From positions 588,663-652,662 of the forward strand of contig CP010426.1 of NCBI GenBank assembly GCA_000830315.1: DNA of 64,000 nt, written 5' to 3'. Of the stretch, positions 30,471 to 39,341 are shown piece by piece. The position numbers were made by a program, and so were the translations under genes. The notes beneath the pieces are model-generated. The model ran no database searches. It was not told the origin of the DNA and worked only from the letters and a program-made list of their open reading frames with translations. The DNA is from an archaeon GW2011_AR20. Lineage in GTDB: Archaea; Nanobdellota; Nanobdellia; SCGC-AAA011-G17; GW2011-AR20. Numbering within the stretch: the first letter of the stretch is position 1; every line of letters begins with the position of its first letter.

Positions 30471-30854
30471 TTACTTCTTAAAAGCTTTTTGCAAAGAGAG
30501 TTTTCCTGCCCCTAAGAAAGCTAAAGTGACTAATCCTGCCAATAACGTTAATGGGAATTCATATCCTCCCTGCCCAGTAAATCCGTTTTTTAAATGCACG
30601 AGTAATATAGCTACGACCATGTTTATTATTAATATCACGCTTGCAACTTTCACAATTAATCCTAAGATTAGTGCAAGTCCTCCAAATAATTCAATTATTC
30701 CAACCAGATATGCAAAAAATCCAGATAAAGGAATTCCAATGTTTGAGAAAAAACTGGTTGTTCCATCAATTCCTCCAAATAGCTTTAAGTAACCATGAAC
30801 TAAAAATACTAATCCAAGAACTAATCTCAATGGTAAACCAGCATATTCTTTCAA
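30471..30854 (-). CDS. DoxX family membrane protein
   Basis: LRLVLGLVFLVHGYLK, ELFGG, GYEFPL, GAGKLS. Confidence 0.9.
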   Translation of the reverse strand: MKEYAGLPLRLVLGLVFLVHGYLKLFGGIDGTTSFFSNIGIPLSGFFAYLVGIIELFGGLALILGLIVKVASVILIINMVVAILLVHLKNGFTGQGGYEFPLTLLAGLVTLAFLGAGKLSLQKAFKK

Positions 30855-30910
30855 TATTCCACCCGATAATGTTTGTATATCTTATAGTATTTATATTTTA
30901 TGTTTTAAAG

Positions 30911-31018
30911 TGCAGTAGCCGGGATTTGAACCCGGGTCGATGCCTTTTTGCTTTTGATTAAACTTTTTCTCAAAAGTTTATTGGCAAGGCACCATACTAA
31001 CCACTATACTACTACTGC
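30911..31018 (-). tRNA. tRNA-Gly(GCC) with 37/38 intron
   Basis: GCAGTAG..CTACTGC-A; stem GTGCC/GGCAT, loop TT-GCC-A, ~36-nt intron with BHB helix TTGC/GCAA. Confidence 0.9.
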
Positions 31019-31055
31019 ATATGATAAAAGAGAAAATAACTTTATTTAAGCTTTA

Positions 31056-31649
31056 TTATTTAACAATACTCTCTAAACTCTTCCCATTGGTTTTTGGCGG
31101 AACTTCTGGAAGTAATACAGCTGCAGCAATAACTGTTGTCCATAAACCATTTTTATCACCTTCAGCAGACTGCGTAATATTATATGTTCTAACTATCTTT
31201 TCAGACATTTTAAATTGTTTTTCACGTTCATTCCAAGCCTGATTTGGGTCAAATTCTAAACCAAGAGTTGTAGCAAGCATTGTCGCTGCTAAATCCTCTG
31301 CATATTCTCCTGCTTTTTCATCAGTTTCTCCAAAAGGATGATGCTCTGATAAATAACCATATTGTGTTTTGTCTGCAGGTTGTGCTACTCCCAAAGAGGC
31401 TGCAACTAATCTATTTGGCTCGTTTGTAGCATTTCTAGCCATTACACAAAAAGCAATTGAACCTGGCGGGATGTATCTTATACCTTCTTCCTTATTTATT
31501 TTCTTGCAACCAGGCGGATAAATACTAGAAACAGTAACAATATTATATTTCTCAATGCCAGCATCTCTTAATGCAAGTTCAAAAGATTGTAAATAATCTT
31601 TATGCCTTCCTACACCTTTCGTAAAGAATATTGCTTCAGGAACAAACAT
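31056..31649 (-). CDS. pdaD: Pyruvoyl-dependent arginine decarboxylase
   Basis: [22 protein letters not shown] (SS cleavage site), GYLSEHH. Confidence 0.93.
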   Translation of the reverse strand: MFVPEAIFFTKGVGRHKDYLQSFELALRDAGIEKYNIVTVSSIYPPGCKKINKEEGIRYIPPGSIAFCVMARNATNEPNRLVAASLGVAQPADKTQYGYLSEHHPFGETDEKAGEYAEDLAATMLATTLGLEFDPNQAWNEREKQFKMSEKIVRTYNITQSAEGDKNGLWTTVIAAAVLLPEVPPKTNGKSLESIVK

Positions 31650-31719
31650 TTTTGTAAATTTTTTGAGAAATTTTAATCAATTTATTAGTTTAAAAGCCTT
31701 TTTATTTTTGCAAAATTAG

Positions 31720-31792
31720 TGGGCCTGCCAGGACTCGAACCTGGGACCTTCACGGTGTAAACGTGACGTTATAGCCGCTAAACTACAAGCCC
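31720..31792 (-). tRNA. tRNA-Val(TAC), intronless
   Basis: GGGCTTG..CAGGCCC-A; stem TCACG/CGTGA, loop TT-TAC-AC; GGTTCGAGTCC. Confidence 0.93.
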
Positions 31793-31877
31793 TTAAATTT
31801 TATTCATTATTTGCGGTATTTAAAATTTGTGATTAAAATTCTTCACTCTAAATTTTATTATATGGTTTAAATTTATC

Positions 31878-32126
31878 CTATAATTTTAATTGATGCTTTT
31901 TCCTTTTCAATTTTAAATGCAAACGATAAATACGCATTCTCAAATTTCCATACTTATTATATACCCGCCCCAAAATAGATAGAATTATAACTAAAATAAA
32001 TGGAATTATAAGAATGTAAGCTATATATTTTGCTATTGGTTTTAAAGAAATTTGATAATAAACATAGGAAATAACAGAAATTATCAAAAGAGTTATATGC
32101 CCTCCTTGACCATCAAAAGCCAACAT
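31878..32126 (-). CDS. Small membrane protein or gene fragment
   Basis: Two hydrophobic helices; weak start; overlaps the HNH fragment. Confidence 0.35.
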   Translation of the reverse strand: MLAFDGQGGHITLLIISVISYVYYQISLKPIAKYIAYILIIPFILVIILSILGRVYNKYGNLRMRIYRLHLKLKRKKHQLKL

Positions 32127-32314
32127 ATCTGCAATTGTATCTTAGAAATATCGTTATTTAGTTTATTATTATCTATATGGTGAACTTGATACTCTGAAAA
32201 TCTTAATGGATATTTCTGCCTATTTTTTTGATAAATATATTTATATGCTATCTGCCTATGAACAAGATTATTATTCTCATCTTTTAAATACCCATTTTTA
32301 TCTACATAAACCAT
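32093..32314 (-). pseudogene. Truncated HNH endonuclease-like ORF
   Basis: LVHRQIA..QVHHIDNNKLNNDIS but lacks the final conserved His helix. Confidence 0.55.
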
Positions 32315-32442
32315 ATCTATAATAAAGAGTAGTAAGTTTATATACTTTCACTACATAACCATAAATTACGATTAAATAAAGTTTAGATAGAGTTCTACTT
32401 TTGATTAAAAACATTTAAATAAACTTGAATATTAAATATTTT

Positions 32443-32574
32443 ATGAAATACTGCCCCAAATGTAAAAGCCCGGATATAGTCCCGGCATTGGCAGGTTTTC
32501 TCAATTCTTACAAATGCAAAAAATGCGGATACATAGGAAACTTGGTGATTGAAGTTGAATCAGACCATAAATGA
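32443..32574 (+). CDS. Small Zn-ribbon protein (43 aa), not in ORF track
   Basis: MKYCPKCKSPDI...YKCKKCGYIG; TATA upstream. Confidence 0.7.
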   Translation: MKYCPKCKSPDIVPALAGFLNSYKCKKCGYIGNLVIEVESDHK

Positions 32575-33175
32575 AATATTAAAATTTTTATCAAAAAGCA
32601 CCGGATTTTTCTTGATTAACATAGCTGTAATCTTAATTTTATTCGCGTTCTTTGCAAATTCCACCATTAAGAATGTTGATGTGCTGGAGAATGAGCTAAA
32701 TCTTTATTTTCAGCAGCCCGCGAATCAGACTTCTTTAGAAAATGTCCAGGAACCCCCAAGATTGTTTGATGTCGAAACAGTTAAAGGCTATATTATCATG
32801 TCATCATTCATTGCATCATTTCTATTTTTAATAGGATTTATGTTTGTTTATCTGTCAAGTTTGAGCTTCTTAGCCTCATTTTACAAGATAAGCATACATC
32901 TTACAGTTAACAATTTCCTGGCCGCATTATATTTTAATCTCATCCCAGATATTGTTAATAAAATTTTAGTTCACCCATCTTTTCAGCAGATTACGAACGG
33001 GATACCAGAAGAATTTGTACAGGAAATAACAAGAATTATCTTGGAATGGATTAAAATCCCTGTTTTTGTCACGGTTAAACTCACGATTACCCTGGGAATA
33101 ATATTTTTAATTATCTCGGTGACATTATATTTCATGAAAAAGAAAGCTTTAAAAGAAGAAAAGAAGAATAAATAA
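32549..33175 (+). CDS. Hypothetical membrane protein
   Basis: ~4 TM helices; TTG start uncertain. Confidence 0.65.
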   Translation: MKLNQTINEILKFLSKSTGFFLINIAVILILFAFFANSTIKNVDVLENELNLYFQQPANQTSLENVQEPPRLFDVETVKGYIIMSSFIASFLFLIGFMFVYLSSLSFLASFYKISIHLTVNNFLAALYFNLIPDIVNKILVHPSFQQITNGIPEEFVQEITRIILEWIKIPVFVTVKLTITLGIIFLIISVTLYFMKKKALKEEKKNK

Positions 33176-33177
33176 TT

Positions 33178-34908
33178 ATGGATAAGCAGGTAAAAATTCC
33201 GGATGAGTTAAAGAAGAAATTTGAGCAATTAAAGATTAAGCTTGATAAATTCAAGAAAAGAGTTCTAAAGGAATTTAATGAATATATAATTGGAATTACG
33301 TTGCTTCCTCCAAAAGAAGACAACAAAGAAGCAATTAATGTTCTTGTCTTGGTTGACGATTCTGACAGCAAGAAAATGTCCAAATTCGAGTTAAAGGACA
33401 AATTAAGCAATATAATCCATAAATTTGCAGAGGAAATCGATAAAAATCTTAATGTTGAAACTTTAATTTTATCTGAGCTAAAGGAAAACTGCTTTGACGG
33501 AAAATATGAAATCCTGCAGTTAATTGCAATGAGCGCGCCAGTTTATGATCCAAAGGAGATGCTTGCAGCCATAAAAATAGCAGAAGTGCATAAGTCCATG
33601 GTGTTAAAGAAATTTGAAAAATACATCATGAGTTATGTTGCAGCAGGATCATTGTTTAGGGGGGATAAGAAAGCCAATGATATTGATGTTTTTATTATTG
33701 TTGATGATACAGATGTTAAAAGAATGTCCCGCTATGAACTAAAGGAGAGGTTAAGGTATATTATTATAGAGCAGGGTTACCAGGCCAAGGAGTTAACAGG
33801 TGTAAATAAAGACTTTCATGTCCAGACTTATATTTTAACTGATTTCTGGGATTCTGTAAAAGACGCAAATCCTGTAATATTCACGTTTTTAAGAGACGGT
33901 GTTCCTTTATTTGACAGGGGGGTATTTATGCCATGGAGATTGTTACTGCAGATGGGAAGAATAAAGCCAAGTCCAGAAGCAATTGATATGCAGATGGATA
34001 TCGGGGCTAAGCTGCTTGACAGGGTAAAAGGAAAATTATTAAGTGTTGTAGCAGAGGATATTTATTATGCTGCCCTAAATCCGGCCCAGGCTGCTTTAAT
34101 GCTTTACGGGGTTAATCCTCCAACACCCCTTGAAACCATTGAATTAATGAGGGAGATTCTTGTTAATAAGGAAAAATTAATCGAGGAAAAGCATGTTAAA
34201 TTCCTTGAAAAAGTAAGAAATTATTACAAGGACATTGAGCATGGAAAAATCAAGGAGGTAAGTGGCAGGGAAATTGATGAATTAGTAAAAGAAACCAAAG
34301 AATATTTAGAAAGAATAAAGAAACTATTTGTACAATTGGAGAAGAGAAAAGAAAGCGAAAGCATTCTTGATATATATAATGCATGTATTGCCGTAACAAG
34401 GGACTTATTCACGGTATTAAATATAAAAGAAGAATCAAGTTTAGAAAATACACTAAAAAAAGTCGTTGATTCAGGCGAATTGCCAAGAAAGTTCCTGGAT
34501 GTTCTGAAGAGGGTTATTAAAGCAAGGGACAGCAAGCTAAGCAAAGCAGAAAATGAAAAAATAAGAAGGGAAGCACGCTCGTATATTAAAAACGCCTTGG
34601 AGTTCATACAGAGAAAAAGAGGATTTGAAAAAGAAAGAAGCAAGGTCAAATTCAAGTACGGGGAGAAAGAAGGAGAACTTTATTTGCTTGATAAAAAAAT
34701 TTTCTTAATCAAGGATATAAAAGAAAAGGAAATAATGAAGACTAATTTAAATGAAAATGGTTCTTTTGGAAACCTAAGCAAAAGCTCGCAGGAAGAATTA
34801 GAGGAAGAACTAAAAAACATAAAGGCGCATGACATTTATCTTAAGGAAAAAACAGTTAATTCTTTAAAGCAACTTATTGGAAAAGACGTAGAAATTCTAG
34901 TCGGATAA
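33178..34908 (+). CDS. Nucleotidyltransferase-domain / HEPN-like fusion protein
   Basis: AAGSLFRG..NDIDVFIIVDD Pol-beta motif, a degenerate N-terminal copy (INVLVLVDD), HEPN-like DIYYAALNPAQAAL helix. Confidence 0.75.
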   Translation: MDKQVKIPDELKKKFEQLKIKLDKFKKRVLKEFNEYIIGITLLPPKEDNKEAINVLVLVDDSDSKKMSKFELKDKLSNIIHKFAEEIDKNLNVETLILSELKENCFDGKYEILQLIAMSAPVYDPKEMLAAIKIAEVHKSMVLKKFEKYIMSYVAAGSLFRGDKKANDIDVFIIVDDTDVKRMSRYELKERLRYIIIEQGYQAKELTGVNKDFHVQTYILTDFWDSVKDANPVIFTFLRDGVPLFDRGVFMPWRLLLQMGRIKPSPEAIDMQMDIGAKLLDRVKGKLLSVVAEDIYYAALNPAQAALMLYGVNPPTPLETIELMREILVNKEKLIEEKHVKFLEKVRNYYKDIEHGKIKEVSGREIDELVKETKEYLERIKKLFVQLEKRKESESILDIYNACIAVTRDLFTVLNIKEESSLENTLKKVVDSGELPRKFLDVLKRVIKARDSKLSKAENEKIRREARSYIKNALEFIQRKRGFEKERSKVKFKYGEKEGELYLLDKKIFLIKDIKEKEIMKTNLNENGSFGNLSKSSQEELEEELKNIKAHDIYLKEKTVNSLKQLIGKDVEILVG

Positions 34909-35166
34909 AGGCTTTAATGACTCTAATTTTCTAACTATATCCTTTTCGCCATTCAGATCCCCGTTTAGGGTATGCAATTGTACTTCTGTTAAGTCTTCTG
35001 CCCCGAAACCATGATAGATATGAATTAAGATGTTGTCATCTAATTTATAACCTACAAGCTTTTTTCTATGCATTTTCATATCTGTGGTTTTTTCTATATC
35101 ATCATACTCGTTAATTATCTTCTGAATCTGGCTTACTTTATCCCCTTGAAATCTGTATTCTATCAT
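34897..35166 (-). CDS. Hypothetical protein
   Basis: 89-aa ORF divergent from rpl35ae. Confidence 0.55.
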   Translation of the reverse strand: MIEYRFQGDKVSQIQKIINEYDDIEKTTDMKMHRKKLVGYKLDDNILIHIYHGFGAEDLTEVQLHTLNGDLNGEKDIVRKLESLKPLSD

Positions 35167-35216
35167 AAAATAATCATGTTAGAAAGATTTTTAAATGCTT
35201 TACTTAACTAAGTTTT

Positions 35217-35474
35217 ATGGAAGCTGTAATATCTAATTTTCGCAGTGGAAGGCATAATCAAGTCACTAATCAGATGATACTGCTGATTGATGGAATAGAT
35301 AAGAAAGAGAAAACAAAGGATTTAATGGGAAAAAAAGTAACCTGGAAATCGCCAAAAGGAAAGGAATTAAGGGGAGAAATAATAAGGGCTCACGGCAATA
35401 AAGGGGCTGTAAGGGCAAGATTTGAAACAGGAATGCCCGGACAATCAATAGGAACAAAAGTTATAATAAAATAA
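35217..35474 (+). CDS. rpl35ae: 50S ribosomal protein L35Ae (eL33)
   Basis: GKKVTWKSP, AHGNKGAVRARFETGMPGQSIG. Confidence 0.95.
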   Translation: MEAVISNFRSGRHNQVTNQMILLIDGIDKKEKTKDLMGKKVTWKSPKGKELRGEIIRAHGNKGAVRARFETGMPGQSIGTKVIIK

Positions 35475-35655
35475 TTCTATTTTTTAATTTTATAAAAATA
35501 AATGGTTAGATTTAATTTATTTAAGTAAAAAGACTTGATTATCCTTTTTCAAAAGTCTCTGGAAACCACGTTCTAGCATTATTAATTATACGGTTTCCAA
35601 TTGATTTTCTAGCATCTTTTTCATTCTTTGAAAACCCATTAAGAATGGTTGTGGT

Positions 35656-35988
35656 ATGGTTAAAGGTGTAGAGCATATAAGAAACGCTGGAATTTCTAAA
35701 AAGGATAACAATAATATGATAGAACGTTATCATAATGAATTTAGAGAGTTTGAAAAGATTAGAAGGAATTTCAAAAGAGTAAAAACTTTAGAGGAATGGA
35801 ATGATAATTATAGATTATACCACAACTACATTAAACAACATATGGCTTTAAATAATTTAACACCTTCACAATCAGCTAACATTAAGTTACCTTTAGAAAA
35901 TAACAGATGGTTAAGTTTATTGAAATTAAGCTTAAATCAACCGAATGTGACAAAAGAACAAGAAGTTAAGAAATCAACCGAAGATTAG
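35656..35988 (+). mobile_element. C-terminal remnant of a DDE (IS6/integrase-core-like) transposase
   Basis: NNMIERYHNEFR, YHNYIKQHMAL..TP; N-terminal catalytic Asp residues absent. Confidence 0.75.
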
Positions 35989-36039
35989 ACAGCTCATTAA
36001 TTAGTAAACTTTATAAATCAAATTTAAACTTCTTTAAAC

Positions 36040-36561
36040 ATGGCAGGTTTAAGAAAAGGACATTGTTACAGTAAATTAACAAGAGCGTATACAAGATATT
36101 CCAGGGTGAAGGCTAAAAATTACATTAAAACAATTCCAACAAGCAAAGTAGTAAGATTTAACATGGGTGATCAGGCAAGAAATTTTGAGTATGAAATCGC
36201 ATTAATAAGCAATAAAGATCACCAGATAAGGCACAATGCTTTAGAGTCAAGCAGGCAGTTAATCAACAGAAGATTATACGAGAAATTAGGGCCAAAAGGC
36301 TATTTTTTAAAATTGAAAATCTATCCTTACCAGGTTTTGAGAGAGAATAAAATGCTTGGCGGTGCACATGCAGACAGATTGCAGACAGGAATGGCACATT
36401 CATTTGGCAAGCCAGTCGGATTAGCAGCAAGAGCACAAAAAGGGAAAGAAGTTTTCATCGCGAAAGTTGATAAGAATGGCTTGGATATTGCAAAAGAAGC
36501 ATTAACCTTAGCAAAACCAAGAATGCCGGGCAAATACCTTGTTAACGTCAAAAAATTATGA
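36040..36561 (+). CDS. rpl10e: 50S ribosomal protein L10e (uL16)
   Basis: QIRHNALESSR, LRENKM..GA.ADRLQTGMAHSFGKP. Confidence 0.96.
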   Translation: MAGLRKGHCYSKLTRAYTRYSRVKAKNYIKTIPTSKVVRFNMGDQARNFEYEIALISNKDHQIRHNALESSRQLINRRLYEKLGPKGYFLKLKIYPYQVLRENKMLGGAHADRLQTGMAHSFGKPVGLAARAQKGKEVFIAKVDKNGLDIAKEALTLAKPRMPGKYLVNVKKL

Positions 36562-36567
36562 TTTATA

Positions 36568-36978
36568 TTAATTAATTTTATTAACCAATTTTAAAAATGT
36601 TTTAACATCCCTGCTTAACCCTTTGCTTATTGTAGCATACATAATTTTATCATCAACATCGCCATACTGATGGGCAATTATGTTGCGCATACCTTTCATG
36701 TTTCTTAATTTATTGGCTAAATCGATATTTATTATTTTTTCATTTTCGAGTATATTAAATGCCTCATAATCCTGTTCTGGAATTTGTAAATTTTTTTCTT
36801 TGATTACAAGAATAGCAAGATCAAATGTTGCTTCTGCTATTTTTTCAAAATATCTCTCACACGCCGCCTTGGTCTTAAAATCTTTCTCATATTCATTAAA
36901 AGTTTTTGATTTAATCTTAGACAATTGTTTAAGATATATTGTAATATCCTGAATTTTATCTTTAATGCGCTTGTTCAT
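36568..36978 (-). CDS. HEPN (DUF86/HepT-like) RNase toxin
   Basis: ACERYF, RNIIAHQY (Rx4H-Y) motif. Confidence 0.92.
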   Translation of the reverse strand: MNKRIKDKIQDITIYLKQLSKIKSKTFNEYEKDFKTKAACERYFEKIAEATFDLAILVIKEKNLQIPEQDYEAFNILENEKIINIDLANKLRNMKGMRNIIAHQYGDVDDKIMYATISKGLSRDVKTFLKLVNKIN

Positions 36979-37468
36979 ATAACACCTTTCCTTTATTTGA
37001 AATCTCCCTCTTTATCTTACCTTGGAGGATATTATATACTTGTATATCGGTCTTTTCATTTATTTTACCCATGACCTCTTTTCTGAAATTGGTGGCTTCT
37101 TCTTCACTTATTTTATTGAATTCAACAGCAACATCAATATCCGAATTTAAATTTAGCTTATTTTCTGCAGCAGATCCAAACAAAATTATTTTTTTAACAC
37201 GTGAAAATAATCTATTTTGAAATATAACTTCTTTGGCTTCTTCTAATATTTTTTTTATTTCTGCCCCCTTTTTAAGGTCAAATTCCAGGCTAAATTTTGA
37301 TAATTCTTTTATTGCTTCTAGTTTCTTTCTTATGTCTCTAGACAACCTGGTTCTCTCTGATTCTTTTAATGGAACTCCCAGAAGTTGTTTTTTGATAATA
37401 ACTAGCTCCTTCTTACCAAAAATTCTTCTCAAATTCGTGTTTTTATCAATTATATTTAATAGGCTCAT
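36962..37468 (-). CDS. Minimal nucleotidyltransferase (MntA-like) antitoxin with N-terminal extension
   Basis: LFGSAA..SDIDVAV; start placed at MSLL after TATA; CTGATAATA repeats at 37481 and 37502. Confidence 0.88.
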   Translation of the reverse strand: MSLLNIIDKNTNLRRIFGKKELVIIKKQLLGVPLKESERTRLSRDIRKKLEAIKELSKFSLEFDLKKGAEIKKILEEAKEVIFQNRLFSRVKKIILFGSAAENKLNLNSDIDVAVEFNKISEEEATNFRKEVMGKINEKTDIQVYNILQGKIKREISNKGKVLYEQAH

Positions 37469-37532
37469 TTTATCACCATTCTGATAATAATTATCATAAT
37501 CCTGATAATATATAAACTTTTCGGTTTTTCCA

Positions 37533-38174
37533 TCATTCCCAGCCAAACTCCCCTTTTAGCGGTACAAAAATAAAATTTCCTAAAACTTTTTTTTCTAATT
37601 TTCTTCCTCTTTTAATGCCTTTAACCATTTCCTGTCCTAAAACCCCTCCGACAGGTGCAATAATTATTCCATTGTTTTTTAATTGTCTTATTAATGGCTC
37701 TGGAAAATCAGGGCAAGCCGCATTTATCAGAATTTTATCATAGGGAGAATATTCTTTAATTCCTAAACTTCCGTCTGCATATAAGACCTTAACGTTTTTT
37801 ACTTTAGCTTTAATTAAATTCTGCTCTGCTTTTAATGCTAAACCTGAAATTATTTCTGTTGTATAAACTCTTGTTTTAGTTATTTCTGAGATTAAAGCAG
37901 CTGAATAGCCGGAGCCTGTTCCGATTTCCAAAACCTTTTCCTTTTTCTTAAGCCCCAATTCCTGCAGCATAAATGCTATTGTATACGGCTGGGAAATTGT
38001 CTGGTTATTTCCAATCTGCAAAGGCATGTCCTCATAGGAATAATTTTCTAATTGCTTTGGAACAAATAAATGCCTGGGAATTTTCAGCATTGCTTTTAAT
38101 ACATTTTTATCTTTGATACCATAATTCTTAATAACTTTAATCATTGATTTTTTCTTTTCCAGAAACTTATCCAT
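37533..38174 (-). CDS. pcm: Protein-L-isoaspartate O-methyltransferase
   Basis: PRHLFVP, QTISQP, VLEIGTGSGY, PYDKI, FVPL. Confidence 0.95.
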   Translation of the reverse strand: MDKFLEKKKSMIKVIKNYGIKDKNVLKAMLKIPRHLFVPKQLENYSYEDMPLQIGNNQTISQPYTIAFMLQELGLKKKEKVLEIGTGSGYSAALISEITKTRVYTTEIISGLALKAEQNLIKAKVKNVKVLYADGSLGIKEYSPYDKILINAACPDFPEPLIRQLKNNGIIIAPVGGVLGQEMVKGIKRGRKLEKKVLGNFIFVPLKGEFGWE

Positions 38175-38201
38175 AAATTTAGCAAGGTTTATTAATATAA
38201 A

Positions 38202-38804
38202 ATGTTTTCTAGTTATATGGGCTTTAAAGAAGAGGATGCTGTTAAAACAATTGGAGATTTATTGAATTATAATGATATGTCTAAGATTAGGGCTATCTTA
38301 AACGGCATAAATCCAAATATTTTTTCAAATTCTGACGTGAAATCAAAATTCAAGGAAGTCCTAGTTAATATGTACAATGCAGAAGATTTAGGTTATTTAA
38401 AGGAGCTGTTAAATGATTTTCTCAGGACTTATAACCAGTATAAAGGAGTTTTTCACTTTGGTTTTTGCTCAGAGGAATTTAGAAATAAATTTAAGAGAAG
38501 CGATTTTAACAATCCATTTGAGCTTAACCGTTTTAGGGAGATAATAGCAAAGATAGTTGAATATGGAAAAAATTACCCTAAAGAAACTCTTGGTGAATTT
38601 TTTATCAGTCCGAGGGGAAGAGAGAAACACAGAATAGCGTGGTTTGTTAAGGAAGATATGGTTTATTTTTGCGAGCCATTTCATCATGACAAGGAATATG
38701 ATAAATTTTGCAATGAAGCGAGTAAAAGAAAAATCTTAAAGGGTAATTACCACAATTGGAATTATGTTGAAGAATTTATGCCTTTAAATTTAAAAGCAGC
38801 ATAA
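38202..38804 (+). CDS. Hypothetical protein, C-terminal RelE/ParE-like pattern possible
   Basis: 200-aa ORF; HRIAWFVKEDMVYFCEPFHHDKEY is reminiscent of RelE-fold strands (weak). Confidence 0.5.
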   Translation: MFSSYMGFKEEDAVKTIGDLLNYNDMSKIRAILNGINPNIFSNSDVKSKFKEVLVNMYNAEDLGYLKELLNDFLRTYNQYKGVFHFGFCSEEFRNKFKRSDFNNPFELNRFREIIAKIVEYGKNYPKETLGEFFISPRGREKHRIAWFVKEDMVYFCEPFHHDKEYDKFCNEASKRKILKGNYHNWNYVEEFMPLNLKAA

Positions 38805-39250
38805 TTAAACAGTTCTTCTAATGTTGTTTGGTTATTTACAATTCTCTTTTCATATTTTACACTTCCTCTCAGTACACCTTGTTTATGGCTCAATATTTTA
38901 TTATAATCTGTTTTAACTGCTGATAAAAATTCATTATCGGTTCTATTTAAATCACTAAATGTTCTTTTAAAATAATTAACATCAGAAGTAAAGTAAATTA
39001 CTTTTGTAAATCCTAGTTCTGGTTTATAGTATACAGAAAATGATTCAAAATCCAATGCGTTATCTGAATAGTTTCTTGATAAAGTTACTGATTTGAAACC
39101 ATAGTTATTTGACAACACCAAATCTATGTCTTGCAAGCCTGTTTTTTCTTTAGAATCTATTCTAACAATTCTTAAATTGAAATCTTTGGACAATTTATTA
39201 GCTAAACCTTCTAAATCTATTTCGCTTTCAGTTTGAATTTCTTGTTGCAT
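38762..39250 (-). CDS. Hypothetical protein
   Basis: 162-aa ORF downstream of the GHKL ATPase. Confidence 0.6.
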   Translation of the reverse strand: MQQEIQTESEIDLEGLANKLSKDFNLRIVRIDSKEKTGLQDIDLVLSNNYGFKSVTLSRNYSDNALDFESFSVYYKPELGFTKVIYFTSDVNYFKRTFSDLNRTDNEFLSAVKTDYNKILSHKQGVLRGSVKYEKRIVNNQTTLEELFNYAAFKFKGINSST

Positions 39251-39341
39251 TTTAATTTTCCTTTAATTTATTCTATCTTTATATTTTAATGAGATGTATT
39301 TTTTGAATGTTCTAAATCCATTTTATTTTTAATAAAAATAA

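Noticed and set aside
30641-30961. 106-aa + strand ORF
   Set aside because: Overlaps DoxX antisense and the tRNA-Gly gene
31793-32400. Integrated element at tRNA-Val carrying an HNH gene
   Set aside because: Fragment lies on the 5' side of the tRNA, with no integrase or duplicated tRNA end; treated as a decayed remnant
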